Below are positions 33,363-46,648 of a stretch of 64,000 nucleotides of DNA, one piece after another. The DNA lies in contig JAFYPQ010000006.1 of NCBI GenBank assembly GCA_017559955.1, forward strand, positions 1,362 to 65,361. The letters are read 5' to 3'. The notes under the pieces were generated by a model. That model searched no databases and was not told the DNA's origin. It worked only from the letters and a program-made list of their open reading frames with translations. This stretch comes from Bacteroidales bacterium (GTDB lineage: Bacteria; Bacteroidota; Bacteroidia; Bacteroidales; G3-4614). Each line of letters begins with the position of its first letter. Positions within the stretch are counted from its first letter, which is position 1. The position numbers were made by a program, and so were the translations under genes.

Positions 33363-34097
33363 ATGGAAAGATATTCAAAAGAGAGTGTTGTCGCTTGTTA
33401 CGAAGCTGATGCTAATAGTTTGTTAAGACCAACAGCCATGCTTGATATGATGCAAGAGGCTGCAAATGTCGATGCTACACGATTGGGATTTGGTTTTGAC
33501 AATATGATTGCAACAAACACCGCATGGGTATTATCTCGCCTACATATGAAAGTTAACTCATTTCCAAAATGGAGAGATGCTGTAAAGCTATATACTTGGC
33601 ATAAAGGGGCTTTTAAACTTTTTTTCTTACGTGATTTCTCTTTAAAAGATACAGAAGGTAATTCACTTATTAACGCCACAACCTCATGGTTGATTATCGA
33701 TTTAAATACACGTAGATTATCTCGTAATTCGGAACTTGCAGATGAAAACACATGTATAAAAGAAGATGCAATCGCCGAACCCGCCGATAAAATAGCACCG
33801 CCTAAAGATGTTGAATTTTTATATGCAGGCACTCATAAAGTTGTTTGGTCTGATATTGATACAAACAACCATGTAAATAATGTAAAGTATGTTGTATGGG
33901 CTTTCGACATAGTAGATTATGACGATTCAAGCAACAAGCCTTTAAAAGAATTATTTGTAAATTTTGATAACGAAGTTCTTGCAGGAGAAGAGGTGGAGTT
34001 ATATAAAATACGTCAAACTACCGATGAGGAAATAGTATATTACATACAAGGGAAAGTGGCTGGTAAACAAAGCTTTATAATTAAACTTATTTTTTAG
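33363..34097 (+). CDS. Acyl-ACP thioesterase
   Basis: AWVLSR, RDF, SDIDTNNHVNNVKY (catalytic DxNxHVNN). Confidence 0.9.
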   Translation: MERYSKESVVACYEADANSLLRPTAMLDMMQEAANVDATRLGFGFDNMIATNTAWVLSRLHMKVNSFPKWRDAVKLYTWHKGAFKLFFLRDFSLKDTEGNSLINATTSWLIIDLNTRRLSRNSELADENTCIKEDAIAEPADKIAPPKDVEFLYAGTHKVVWSDIDTNNHVNNVKYVVWAFDIVDYDDSSNKPLKELFVNFDNEVLAGEEVELYKIRQTTDEEIVYYIQGKVAGKQSFIIKLIF

Positions 34098-34115
34098 ATA
34101 ATATAGGAATAGTAG

Positions 34116-35321
34116 ATGCTATTACATCTCTTTAATCCAGAAAATGACTTGGCCCTTGCTGATGGTAATGCAAATTATTGTGCTCCTCCGTCGGCGATGA
34201 AGATAGCTTACGATCTTTCGTCGCTTCCTCTTTGGTTTGCCGAAGACGACGATTTTGTATTATTAGCCGATAATTTACATAAAAAATATTATGATGTAAT
34301 ATCACAAACTTTTCCATTACCTCAAATATACACTTCTAACGATGCCGATATAATAACCAAATGTTCACCTTGGGGTTGGAGTTTACAAATACGCAGGAGA
34401 TTTGAAAATTTGGGATTTTCAGACAATCAACTACAATCTGTTGAGTCGATAAAACTTTTGCGAGAACTTTCAAACAGAAGAACAACTATAAAAATACTTG
34501 AGAATTTAGCAAATAACGGAGTAGATGTTCCGCAACTTCCTCAATATATAACAAACCTTGATGAAGTAGAAAAGTTTATATGTAGTATGCCACTATCGGT
34601 AATTAAAGCACCGTGGTCGGGTAGCGGAAAAGGTATAGCTTGGGGCTTAGGCAGAAAAGAGATTCCTGTAGAACATTTTGCAAAGGGAGTTATTCGCAGG
34701 CAGGGAGGCATACTTTGTGAAAAGTTTTTAAACAAAGTTGTTGACTTCGCAATGGAGTTTTATTGTAATAACGGAAAAATTACATTTGCAGGTTACTCTC
34801 TATTTAAATCAACAAAAGGGGTCTATTCCGGTAATATTTTAGCCTCTGATAAAGACATTGAAGAGTTTCTCGATAGTTATAAATCAACCACTTCTTTATT
34901 AGAAATAAAAACTAAGATTATTTCGGTGTTGGAAAACGTATTTTCAGATTTTCAATACGAAGGATACTTCGGTGTAGATATGATGATATACTGCGATGAG
35001 CAAAACATCTATCGTATAAACCCTTGCGTTGAATTAAATTTACGAATGAATATGGGTGCTTCATCAAGAATATTTTATAACAAATTTGTAGAGAAGGGGA
35101 ATATCGGAGTTTTTAAAGTTGAATTTTATAAAGATAAAGGTGAAGCTTTAAAGAAGAGTAGCGAACTAAAAATAAAATATCCGCTACTCTTTAAAAACGG
35201 AAAGATTTGTAGCGGATATATGAATTTATCTCCTATAGATGAAGATACGCAATACTCTGCATCTGTAATAATAGATGTTTTTAAAAATCAAAACTCTTTA
35301 AGTTCGCTATACAATCGTTGA
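34116..35321 (+). CDS. Hypothetical ATP-grasp-like protein
   Basis: FNPENDLALA, PWGW, VIKAPWSGSGKG, GYFGVDMM, CVELNLRMNMG (ExNxR). Confidence 0.7.
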   Translation: MLLHLFNPENDLALADGNANYCAPPSAMKIAYDLSSLPLWFAEDDDFVLLADNLHKKYYDVISQTFPLPQIYTSNDADIITKCSPWGWSLQIRRRFENLGFSDNQLQSVESIKLLRELSNRRTTIKILENLANNGVDVPQLPQYITNLDEVEKFICSMPLSVIKAPWSGSGKGIAWGLGRKEIPVEHFAKGVIRRQGGILCEKFLNKVVDFAMEFYCNNGKITFAGYSLFKSTKGVYSGNILASDKDIEEFLDSYKSTTSLLEIKTKIISVLENVFSDFQYEGYFGVDMMIYCDEQNIYRINPCVELNLRMNMGASSRIFYNKFVEKGNIGVFKVEFYKDKGEALKKSSELKIKYPLLFKNGKICSGYMNLSPIDEDTQYSASVIIDVFKNQNSLSSLYNR

Positions 35322-35869
35322 ATAGGTAGTCCCATAACATTAAAATATGAACCATTAATGGCTTCAACTCCTATATACCCAATCCATTCTTGAATACCAT
35401 ATGCACCGGCTTTATCCATCGGAGAAAAATTATTTACATAGAAATCAATTTCATCATTCGATAAATTTGCGAACTTAACTTCCGAAGCAGAAATAAATGT
35501 TTTTTCTTTTTCTTTTGTTAAAATTGTAACACCAGTATAAACCATATGGGTATTACCAGATAGCTGTTTTAACATACGTTTTGCATCCTCTGCATCAATA
35601 GGCTTTCCAAATTGTTTATCGTCTAACCACACAATGGTATCTGCGGTTATCAAAAGAGTATTATCATTAAGAAACTCTTTGTATGAGTTCGATTTTTGTT
35701 TTGAAATATACGCAGGAATTTCACCTCCCTTTAGATTGTCGGGGTAAGTTTCATCAATATCTACTAAAGTTTCAGCCTTGAAATTTAAGCCTAAACCTTT
35801 TAATAATTCTCTTCTTCGGGGAGAATTACTTGCAAGTATAATATCATATTTTTTTAAATTATCGAGCAT
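35288..35869 (-). CDS. maf: Maf-like nucleoside triphosphate pyrophosphatase
   Basis: LASNSPRRRELL, ADTIV, GKP, DKAGAYGIQ, NVMGLP. Confidence 0.95.
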   Translation of the reverse strand: MLDNLKKYDIILASNSPRRRELLKGLGLNFKAETLVDIDETYPDNLKGGEIPAYISKQKSNSYKEFLNDNTLLITADTIVWLDDKQFGKPIDAEDAKRMLKQLSGNTHMVYTGVTILTKEKEKTFISASEVKFANLSNDEIDFYVNNFSPMDKAGAYGIQEWIGYIGVEAINGSYFNVMGLPIQRLYSELKEF

Positions 35870-35888
35870 AATAAATTATATAAGCATA

Positions 35889-36410
35889 TTACCATCCAAA
35901 AGCCTCATCATTCATCCATTTGCCCTGAGCCTTTAAAACCTCTTCAATAACCTCTCTTACGCAACCTTCTCCGCCATTTCGTGATGAGATAAAAGTTGCA
36001 GACTCTTTAATTTCTGTTGCGGCATCGTAAGGAGAGCAAGGAAGACCTACCACTTTCATAATTTCATAATCAGGAATATCGTCTCCCATATATAATATCT
36101 CCTCATCTTTTAAATGAAATTGGTCTCGAAACTCTTTATAAGTGGGTAGCTTTTTACTAATCGACATATATATATATTTAACGCCTAATCCTTTATACCT
36201 CTCATATATAGCTCGTGAGTGGCCTCCTGTAATGATAGCAATCTTATAGCCTAACTTTACAGCCAATTGAATAGCATAGCCATCTTTAATATTAACCATT
36301 CTCATAGGTTCACCCGAAGGATGAAGAGTAATTATCGACGGAGAAAGAACTCCATCTACATCAAACACGAATGATTTAATTTTAGTTAGGTCATAATTAA
36401 TCTTACTCAT
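35889..36410 (-). CDS. kdsC: KDO 8-phosphate phosphatase (HAD family)
   Basis: [31 protein letters not shown]. Confidence 0.88.
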   Translation of the reverse strand: MSKINYDLTKIKSFVFDVDGVLSPSIITLHPSGEPMRMVNIKDGYAIQLAVKLGYKIAIITGGHSRAIYERYKGLGVKYIYMSISKKLPTYKEFRDQFHLKDEEILYMGDDIPDYEIMKVVGLPCSPYDAATEIKESATFISSRNGGEGCVREVIEEVLKAQGKWMNDEAFGW

Positions 36411-36416
36411 AATATT

Positions 36417-37187
36417 CTATTCTTTATAACTATCAGCAATGCTGTTACTTAGTACTTTGTATATCTCTTTATATTTTGAAGAAGAAATAGATTTCAAATG
36501 ATTATTTATAACATCAGTATCTCCTCTGCGTGCAGGACCTGTTTGTGCATCGTGAGGATTAATTTCAGTAATTTTCTTTGTAGTCTCTTCAATTAAAGGT
36601 ATCAGAGTCGAAAATTCTATACCATTTTCTCTTAATATTTGAGATGATATATCGTAGCAATGATTAACAAAGTTACACGCAAAAACAGCAGCAATGTGCA
36701 TAATTTTTCTTCTTTCAGAATCTGCTTGAATAACAGTATCAGATATTTTTTTTGCAAAACTCTCTATCTCAATTAAAGTGGAGAGGTTATTAGCTTCAAC
36801 AAACAGAGGAACTTTATTAAAGACAATCTCTCTCTCTCTTGAAAATGTTTGTAATGGATATAGTACTCCATATTTTTGGCTATACCCGTCAAAAACATCT
36901 ATGTTAACACCTCCCGATGTATGAACTATAATTGAATTAAAATCCTTTAAATGTTCAACAACATTTTTAATAGCATTATCTTTAATCGATATTATAATTA
37001 AATCAATATTACGTTCTATCTTATAAATATCATCAACAGCCTCGGCATTAACACGTTTGGCAAGAGTAGTACAATTGTCAAGAGTGGGAGAGTATATATT
37101 TTTTATGTTTACTCCCGCCTTAAATATAGCTATTGCCAAATGTGTAGCTACATTTCCCGAACCAATTATTGCAACACTCTTAATCAT
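36417..37187 (-). CDS. Rossmann-like and DUF2520 domain protein
   Basis: IIGSGNVATHL, HTSG, YPLQTFS, HIAAVFACNF, QTGPARRGD. Start reassigned to 37187 (MIKSV) to avoid overlapping the nitroreductase gene. Confidence 0.85.
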   Translation of the reverse strand: MIKSVAIIGSGNVATHLAIAIFKAGVNIKNIYSPTLDNCTTLAKRVNAEAVDDIYKIERNIDLIIISIKDNAIKNVVEHLKDFNSIIVHTSGGVNIDVFDGYSQKYGVLYPLQTFSREREIVFNKVPLFVEANNLSTLIEIESFAKKISDTVIQADSERRKIMHIAAVFACNFVNHCYDISSQILRENGIEFSTLIPLIEETTKKITEINPHDAQTGPARRGDTDVINNHLKSISSSKYKEIYKVLSNSIADSYKE

Positions 37188-37188
37188 A

Positions 37189-37716
37189 TTACCATTTTCC
37201 AATATGCACCTTTTCCCACTTAGTTTTATCTGGGTCATAAGGTTTGCGTTCTTCATCTTTGTATCCAAAAGTAATTACCGATAAAATTGCAAACTGCTCT
37301 GGAATACCAAACATTTCTCGAACATACTCTTCCGATGAAACGCCATCTTGTGTGAAACGCTCTCTAACTTGAATCCAACAACTACCAAGACCTAAATCTG
37401 CTGCTTGTAATTGCATAATTATAGATGCAATTGATGCATCTTCAACCCAAACATCGCTTTTAGTTGTATCGGCTGCAACGACAACAGCCAACTTACATCC
37501 TGCAATAGGGCGAGCACCATGCTCTTTGCATAACGACAATTTTTCTAAATCATCTTTCTCCTCAACAACAATAAACTCCCAACCCATAGTTGATTTTGAC
37601 GATGGAGAAACTAATGCAGCTTCAAGAATAAGTTTAACATCTTCAGCTTTTAACTCTTGATCTTTATATTTTCTATAACTTCTTCTATTAAGAAGTAATT
37701 GGTGAAAATCTTTCAT
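37189..37716 (-). CDS. Nitroreductase family protein
   Basis: RRSYRKY, SPS, EDASIA, LGLGSCW; start reassigned to 37716 (MKDFH). Confidence 0.9.
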   Translation of the reverse strand: MKDFHQLLLNRRSYRKYKDQELKAEDVKLILEAALVSPSSKSTMGWEFIVVEEKDDLEKLSLCKEHGARPIAGCKLAVVVAADTTKSDVWVEDASIASIIMQLQAADLGLGSCWIQVRERFTQDGVSSEEYVREMFGIPEQFAILSVITFGYKDEERKPYDPDKTKWEKVHIGKW

Positions 37717-37843
37717 TTTTATTAAATTAAAAATTTGACATACGAAGATATAACAATTATTTTTCATTTCAATAAAGCTGTTAAATAAAATATAATTGCA
37801 TACATATATAATATGTAGCCCTAAGTTACGTTATTAAAAATGA

Positions 37844-40264
37844 ATGAATAGATTAAGGTCTCTCATATTATTTACGTTAATATTTGTTTCTGCTGTTGTT
37901 GAAGCAAAGCGTTTTACTGTTTCGGGCAAGGTGGTTGACGAAGCAAACGAGCCTATGGAGTTTGTTTCGGTAAGAATATCCGGGACAATGATTGGCGGGT
38001 TAACCAATGAAAAAGGTCTCTTTTCTTTAGAATCTCCCTCTAAAGATACCGCAGAAATAGTAATATCATACTTAGGATACGAAACAATTAAACGTCGCTT
38101 AATTGAACCTGAAGGAGAAATAAAACTAAACGTACGATTATATCAGAAAGATAGTTCATTGGGCGAGGTATCGGTGAGTGAATTCAGAAAACAGACATCG
38201 ACATTAGAGTATCTCGATGCTGACGATCTTCGACTTATGCCCGACGCAACAGGAGGGAGCATAGAGGCACTACTTACAACTATGCCGGGTGTACATTCAA
38301 ATAACGAACTCAGCACACAATACTCAGTTCGAGGTGGAAACTATGATGAAAACCTTGTTTATATTAATGGTATTGAGGTGTATCGACCACTCACTATCCG
38401 TTCGGGTCAACAAGAGGGATTAAGTATAATTAATCCCGATTTAGTCGGTTCGGTCGGTTTCTCATCGGGAGGATTTGCAAGTGAATATGGCGATAAAATG
38501 TCTTCGGTGTTAGATATAACATATCGCAAGCCACAAAAGGCAGTAGAGGGAGCTATATCAGGAAGTTTAATGGGTACAAGTGTATCGGTCGGAAGCAAAA
38601 TTAAAAATTTTACACAACTACACGGATTTCGTTTTAAGAAAAATTCTCTACTTCTCGGTTCGTTAGATACAAAAGGAGAATATGACCCCTCATTTATCGA
38701 CTATCAAACCTATATGACATATAAGTTTAACAATAAATGGTCGGTATCGTTGTTGGGAAATATATCACAAAACAAATATAATTTTACACCACAAGAGCGA
38801 ACAACAAGTTACGGCACATACGCAACAGTTACCGAATTCAAAGTATATTTTGATGGTATGGAACGTGATAAATTCCAGTCATACTTTGGAGCCTTTACAG
38901 TTGATTATATACCCGCAAATCATACAAAGCTCACACTTATGGGTTCGGCATTCACAACAAATGAGGAGATACGTTACGATATAAGCGGAGAATATTGGTT
39001 AAGTGAACTCGATGCAGCAATAAATGAAGGAGAACCTGTAAATGCAGGCACATTAGGTTACGGAGCATATCGTGAGCATGCAAATAACAAATTGAATGCT
39101 GCAGTGTATGCTGTATCCCTAAAAGGTGTATCTAAATTAAAAAAGAATAACGAACTGCACTATGGCGTAACATATCAATACGAACGTATTAAAGATAGGG
39201 TAAGAGAGTGGGAAACACGTGATTCTGCAGGATATACATTACCTCATTCCGGAAGTGGAATCGATTTGATATCAAGCATAACATCACATCAAGACGTAAA
39301 ATCAAATCGAATATCGGCGTACGTTCAAGATACATATCGATTACGTTGCAATGCCGGAAGTTTTACATTTACAGGAGGAGTAAGAGCCTCATATTGGGAT
39401 TTTAACAATGAGTTTATTGTTAGTCCACGTGCATCTGTGGCATATATCCCATCGTTTCAAGAACGTTTAACGTTCCGATTTGCAACAGGCGTATATTATC
39501 AAGCACCATTCTACAAAGAACTGCGAGACACAATCCGAGATAGTAGAAATAACGTAATAGTTCAACTTGATAAAAACATAAAATCTCAACAATCTATACA
39601 TTTTATATTGGGAAGCGATTTTACATTTAAGTTGGCAAACCGACCATTTAAATTTACAGCCGAAGCATATTATAAAATTCTTAATAACTTAATACCATAC
39701 GAAGTTGATAATCTAAGTATATGGTATCGCAATGGTAATAGTTCGCATGGTTATGCAACAGGATTAGATTTAAAACTATTTGGAGAATTTGTTCCAGGAG
39801 TAGATTCTTGGATAGGTTTTTCCCTTATGAGTACCCAGGAGTATATAAACGGAATAAAAGTGCCACGTCCAACCGATCAACGCTATGCCTTTACTCTTTT
39901 CTTCCAGGACTATATACCCAAATTCCCACGCTTTAAAGTAAACTTAAGAGCAATTGTAGCAGATGGTCTGCCACAATCGGCACCACGCAAGGGAAGAGAA
40001 GATGGGTGGTTTAGAACACCTGCATATAAACGATTAGATATTGGAGCATCGTGTATGCTTGCAGGAGGTAACGACAGAGTAATGAAACGCCGTTTCTTTA
40101 AAGAGTTACACAGCATTTGGTTGAGTTTTGATGTACTGAACCTATTAGATATAACCAACGTAAACTCATACTATTGGGTTACCGATATCTATAATCAACA
40201 AAGTGCCGTACCCAACTATCTTACCCGCCGACAATTCAATATAAAACTTTCCGTGGATTTTTAG
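37844..40264 (+). CDS. TonB-dependent-receptor-like outer membrane beta-barrel with N-terminal carboxypeptidase-regulatory-like domain
   Basis: Signal peptide, VSGKVVD...ISYLGY domain, plug (PGV, YSVRGG, NLVYING), C-terminal Phe; no susD partner. Confidence 0.85.
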   Translation: MNRLRSLILFTLIFVSAVVEAKRFTVSGKVVDEANEPMEFVSVRISGTMIGGLTNEKGLFSLESPSKDTAEIVISYLGYETIKRRLIEPEGEIKLNVRLYQKDSSLGEVSVSEFRKQTSTLEYLDADDLRLMPDATGGSIEALLTTMPGVHSNNELSTQYSVRGGNYDENLVYINGIEVYRPLTIRSGQQEGLSIINPDLVGSVGFSSGGFASEYGDKMSSVLDITYRKPQKAVEGAISGSLMGTSVSVGSKIKNFTQLHGFRFKKNSLLLGSLDTKGEYDPSFIDYQTYMTYKFNNKWSVSLLGNISQNKYNFTPQERTTSYGTYATVTEFKVYFDGMERDKFQSYFGAFTVDYIPANHTKLTLMGSAFTTNEEIRYDISGEYWLSELDAAINEGEPVNAGTLGYGAYREHANNKLNAAVYAVSLKGVSKLKKNNELHYGVTYQYERIKDRVREWETRDSAGYTLPHSGSGIDLISSITSHQDVKSNRISAYVQDTYRLRCNAGSFTFTGGVRASYWDFNNEFIVSPRASVAYIPSFQERLTFRFATGVYYQAPFYKELRDTIRDSRNNVIVQLDKNIKSQQSIHFILGSDFTFKLANRPFKFTAEAYYKILNNLIPYEVDNLSIWYRNGNSSHGYATGLDLKLFGEFVPGVDSWIGFSLMSTQEYINGIKVPRPTDQRYAFTLFFQDYIPKFPRFKVNLRAIVADGLPQSAPRKGREDGWFRTPAYKRLDIGASCMLAGGNDRVMKRRFFKELHSIWLSFDVLNLLDITNVNSYYWVTDIYNQQSAVPNYLTRRQFNIKLSVDF

Positions 40265-40397
40265 AATAGAAAAACTTAAATTGATTGAGTTGAGCTATTT
40301 AAATAAATAAAATTATTGTTGTCCGATAAAATTATTTTATCGCCTTAATATTTAAATAGGTTTATTTGTTGTATCTTTACAAAATAATTAGGTTTAA

Positions 40398-42413
<2,016 letters not shown>

Positions 42414-42532
42414 ATAAAAGCAATATATTAATTTCAAATAGTTAATAATTCTCCTTAATAATATTTAATTTGTTATAGTAAAAGTAGAAATATTTTACTA
42501 TCTTCGCAACTTAAAATATTCGAAAGACCTTT

Positions 42533-43426
42533 ATGGAGAGAATTAATTTAAAAGGATTGGGTGTTGCGTTGATAACGCCATTTAAGGAAGATGACTCTAT
42601 CGACTACGCTGCACTCGGTAAACTTATAGAACATTTAATACAAAACAGCATAGATTATCTTGTTGTACTTGGTACAACAGCCGAAACTCCAACTTTATCA
42701 ACTGAAGAGAAGAAGGAAGTTGTTACGTTCGTTAAGCAAAGAGTCAATGGCAGAATCCCCATTGTCCTTGGTGTCGGTGGTAATTGCACAAACAGTGTTG
42801 TATCACAATTAAAAACTGACGATTTCGAAGGAATTGATGCAATATTAAGTGTTGTTCCATACTACAATAAACCATCACAAGAGGGCATATATCAACACTA
42901 CAAAGCCATTGCCGAAGCTACTGAATTACCAATCATATTGTATAATGTTCCAGGCAGAACAGGGGTAAATATGACAGCAGAAACTACATTGCGTTTAGCT
43001 CGTGAATTCAGCAATGTAGTAGCAATTAAAGAGGCATCGGGGAATATCGTTCAAATGGATGATATCATTAAAAACAAACCTGCCGATTTTATGGTAATTT
43101 CGGGTGATGATGGAATTACATTCCCACTTATTACATTAGGTGCTGTTGGTGTTATATCGGTAATCGGTAATGCATTTCCCAAAGAGTTTGGACGTATGGT
43201 GCGTTTGGCTCTTAATGGAGATTATGATAGTGCATTAAGAATTCATCACGAATTTACCGAACTATTTTCGCTTTTATTTGTAGATGGAAATCCTGCAGGG
43301 GTAAAAGCTATGTTAAACGCAATGGGATATATCGATAACAAATTAAGATTACCATTAGTCCCAACCCGTATCACTACATACGAAAAGATGCGAGTTGTTT
43401 TAGATAACTTAAATATAAAATGCTAA
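42533..43426 (+). CDS. dapA: 4-hydroxy-tetrahydrodipicolinate synthase
   Basis: ALITPF, GTTAE, PYYNKPSQEG, LYNVPGRTG, IKEASG, SGDD. Confidence 0.96.
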   Translation: MERINLKGLGVALITPFKEDDSIDYAALGKLIEHLIQNSIDYLVVLGTTAETPTLSTEEKKEVVTFVKQRVNGRIPIVLGVGGNCTNSVVSQLKTDDFEGIDAILSVVPYYNKPSQEGIYQHYKAIAEATELPIILYNVPGRTGVNMTAETTLRLAREFSNVVAIKEASGNIVQMDDIIKNKPADFMVISGDDGITFPLITLGAVGVISVIGNAFPKEFGRMVRLALNGDYDSALRIHHEFTELFSLLFVDGNPAGVKAMLNAMGYIDNKLRLPLVPTRITTYEKMRVVLDNLNIKC

Positions 43427-43438
43427 TAATTTAAAATT

Positions 43439-43912
43439 ATGATTCAAAGAATTCAAACCGTATATCTGTTTTTAGCATCAGCAGTAATGGTGCTGATAAA
43501 TTGGTTGCCATTAGTGAAATTTACTATCAAAAACAATGAAACAGAAAATTTAGTCGATTTTACAACTTTTGGTATTGAAAATAATATTAATGATGTTGCC
43601 ATATACGTAACAACATATCCAATTGCAATAATAACATTTTTAACAGCAGTTTTATCATTTATTGCAATATTTATGTACAAAAACCGTACTAAACAAAAGA
43701 ATGTTGCATTAATATCTCTATTTTTATCATTAATGTTTTATGCAATATTTATAATTTACTGGTGGTACTTGAAAGATTTTATCTCAACTACACAAACAAC
43801 TATATCATACGGATTAGCAATTCCGGCTGTATCACTAATATTAAATATGCTTGCAGCAAAAGCAATTAATGCCGATGAGAAATTAGTTCGTTCAGCAGAT
43901 AGAATTAGATAA
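43439..43912 (+). CDS. DUF4293 family membrane protein
   Basis: MIQRIQTVYL N-terminus and DEKLVRSADRIR C-terminus; 4 transmembrane segments. Confidence 0.85.
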   Translation: MIQRIQTVYLFLASAVMVLINWLPLVKFTIKNNETENLVDFTTFGIENNINDVAIYVTTYPIAIITFLTAVLSFIAIFMYKNRTKQKNVALISLFLSLMFYAIFIIYWWYLKDFISTTQTTISYGLAIPAVSLILNMLAAKAINADEKLVRSADRIR

Positions 43913-44112
43913 TAATAATCAGCAAATATCTTCAAGAGACTGTGTCAAATTTAAATTTGGTTCAGTCTCTTTATTGTTTGTAGAAATCGATAAATACAAG
44001 ACATTGAAATTTAGGCCTCTCTTTTTCTTATTATATATAATGTAAAATATTGAAAAACTCATATTTTTTCGTATCTTCGCCAAATAAATAACAGAGCAAA
44101 TCATAATCTTTA

Positions 44113-46629
44113 ATGTTAATAAATATGAACTACAAGAAATTTAGGAATGCGGTAATGCTATTAATGCTTTCTCCTATTATGGTTTTTGCAAATCCAAGAA
44201 CTGAAACATTATTAGAGAAGGGATGGCGTTTTACTCGTGAAGACAACGAACAGTTCTCAGAAACAAACTATGCCGATAAAAAATGGCAAGAGGTACGTGT
44301 CCCACACGATTGGGCTATATACGGTCCGTTTAGTATTGATAACGACAAACAAAATGTTGCTATTACTCAAGATGGACAAAAAGAGGCAATGGAGCACGCT
44401 GGTCGTACAGGCGGATTACCTTTTGTTGGTCCGGGTTGGTATCGTATATCATTCGATATACCCGAGTTTAAAGAAGGAAAAAAATGTACAATCATTTTTG
44501 ACGGAGCAATGAGTCATGCCGAGGTGTATATTAATGGCGTAAAAGCAACATCTCGCCCTTATGGATACACTTCGTTTAATGTTGACGCAACCCCATTTAT
44601 ACAAGAAGGGGAAACAGTCTCTTTAGCTGTTCGTCTCGAAAATTTAATTGAGAGTTCTCGTTGGTATCCTGGAGCAGGACTTTACCGTAATGTTCATGTA
44701 GTTGTTACAGAAGATGCACACATTCCTGTGTATGGAACTCAAATTACCACACCTGTAATTGAAAGTGATTATGCAAAGGTAAATCTAAAAACAAAATTAG
44801 ATATGCCGGCAGATAAATCCATCGAAAACTACAAAATTAAAACTCTAATTAAAGATGCTTCGGGCAATGTTGTAGCCTCAGACGTTAAGCATGGTTGTAA
44901 ATTTGACGGAGGACTATTTGAGCAAAATATTGTTGTAGAGTCTCCCGAACTTTGGACATTAGACAATCCGGTGTTATATACAGCCGAATCGACCATCTAT
45001 GAAGGAAGTAAAATTAAAGATGAATATTCAACAACTTTTGGTTTTAGAACTATTAAAATAATACCTAACAAAGGTTTTTATTTAAATGGCGAACTTACAA
45101 AATTTAAAGGTGTATGTAATCACCACGATTTAGGACCTCTTGGTGGTATAGCAAATGAAGCAGGAATTCGTCGTCAAGTACGCATATTAAAAGATATGGG
45201 ATGTAATGCTATTCGTACATCTCACAATATGCCGGCTCCCGAGCTTGTAAAAGCTTGTGATGAGATGGGTATGATGTTAATGCTTGAATCTTTTGACGAA
45301 TGGGTAACTCCAAAAGTTAAAAACGGATATAATACGATGTGGGACGAATGGGTTGAAAAAGATCTTGTAAACCTAATTCATCAATATCGCAACAACCCCA
45401 GTGTTGTAATGTGGTGTATCGGAAACGAAGTCCCCGATCAATGGAAACCCGAGCAAGGTCCTAAACTATCACGATATTTACAAGACATTTGCCACAGAGA
45501 AGATCCTACACGCCCCGTAACACAAGGTATGGATGCACCCGATGCAGTAGTAAACAACAATATGGCTGCTGTAATGGATGTAGCTGGATTTAACTATCGA
45601 CCCCATAAATACATTGAAAATTATAGCAAACTTCCACAACAAATTATTCTTGGTAGCGAAACAGCTTCAACTTTGAGTTCTCGTGGAGTATATAAATTCC
45701 CTGTTGTTCGTCGTTCGATGCATAAATACGAAGATCATCAAGCATCGTCATATGATGTTGAGCATTGCGGATGGTCAAACCTGCCAGAAGACGATTGGAT
45801 TCAACACGATGATTTAGAGTATTGCATTGGAGAGTTTGTATGGACAGGATTTGATTATTTAGGCGAGCCTACACCATATTACTCAGATTGGCCAAGCCAC
45901 TCATCATTGTTTGGAATAATCGACTTAGCGGGATTACCAAAAGACAGATATTATCTATATCGTAGCCATTGGAATAAAGATGAAGAAACTCTTCACATAT
46001 TACCACACTGGAATTGGAGTGGTAGAGAAGGAGAAATAACACCCATCTTTGTATATACAAACTATCCTACAGCCGAGCTATTCATTAATGGAAAGAGCCA
46101 AGGCAAACGTACAAAGGATATGAGCATAAATGTATATAACAGTGCCGATTCGGCATCTGCTGCCGACCTTAAACGTCTTGCTCGTTATCGTTTGATGTGG
46201 ATGGATACTAAATATGAACCGGGAACTGTTAAAGTTGTGGCATATGACAATGATGGAAATGCAGTAGCAGAGAAATCTATTTGTACAGCAGGGCAACCTT
46301 ACAAAATTGACTTAATTGCCGATCGCACCGAAATTACTGCAGATGGTAAAGACCTCTCATTCATTACTGTAAAAGTTGTAGATAAAAAAGGAAATTTATG
46401 TCCCTTAGCTGCAAATCAAATATCATTCAAGGTTAAAGGTAATGGTAATTATGTTGCAGGAGCAAATGGAGACCCAACATCGCTTGAATCGTTCCAAGAG
46501 CCTACAATGAAAGTATTTAACGGAATGATGATAGCAATAGTTTCATCTAATGAAATTCCTGGAGAGATAATAGTTGAAGCAACTGCAAAAGGTTTAAAAA
46601 AAGGTACAGTAACAATTATAGGAAAGTAA
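44113..46629 (+). CDS. Glycoside hydrolase family 2, probable beta-galactosidase
   Basis: VPHDWAI, SRWYPGAGLYR, GVCNHHDLG, NAIRTSHN, WCIGNE (acid/base), GSET, WTGFDYLGEPTPY. Confidence 0.92.
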   Translation: MLINMNYKKFRNAVMLLMLSPIMVFANPRTETLLEKGWRFTREDNEQFSETNYADKKWQEVRVPHDWAIYGPFSIDNDKQNVAITQDGQKEAMEHAGRTGGLPFVGPGWYRISFDIPEFKEGKKCTIIFDGAMSHAEVYINGVKATSRPYGYTSFNVDATPFIQEGETVSLAVRLENLIESSRWYPGAGLYRNVHVVVTEDAHIPVYGTQITTPVIESDYAKVNLKTKLDMPADKSIENYKIKTLIKDASGNVVASDVKHGCKFDGGLFEQNIVVESPELWTLDNPVLYTAESTIYEGSKIKDEYSTTFGFRTIKIIPNKGFYLNGELTKFKGVCNHHDLGPLGGIANEAGIRRQVRILKDMGCNAIRTSHNMPAPELVKACDEMGMMLMLESFDEWVTPKVKNGYNTMWDEWVEKDLVNLIHQYRNNPSVVMWCIGNEVPDQWKPEQGPKLSRYLQDICHREDPTRPVTQGMDAPDAVVNNNMAAVMDVAGFNYRPHKYIENYSKLPQQIILGSETASTLSSRGVYKFPVVRRSMHKYEDHQASSYDVEHCGWSNLPEDDWIQHDDLEYCIGEFVWTGFDYLGEPTPYYSDWPSHSSLFGIIDLAGLPKDRYYLYRSHWNKDEETLHILPHWNWSGREGEITPIFVYTNYPTAELFINGKSQGKRTKDMSINVYNSADSASAADLKRLARYRLMWMDTKYEPGTVKVVAYDNDGNAVAEKSICTAGQPYKIDLIADRTEITADGKDLSFITVKVVDKKGNLCPLAANQISFKVKGNGNYVAGANGDPTSLESFQEPTMKVFNGMMIAIVSSNEIPGEIIVEATAKGLKKGTVTIIGK

Positions 46630-46648
46630 TTTAAATAATGTTTATATT

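Noticed and set aside
35288-35321. Convergent 3' overlaps (ATP-grasp/maf 34 bp; smpB/methyltransferase 11 bp at 59205-59215)
   Set aside because: Short tail-to-tail overlaps are common in compact genomes, and nothing here suggests a function.
37700-37850. Switch from mostly minus-strand to mostly plus-strand genes as a possible replication origin
   Set aside because: No dnaA gene or DnaA-box cluster is evident, and by eye the plus strand stays A/C-rich on both sides. A cumulative GC-skew plot would be needed.
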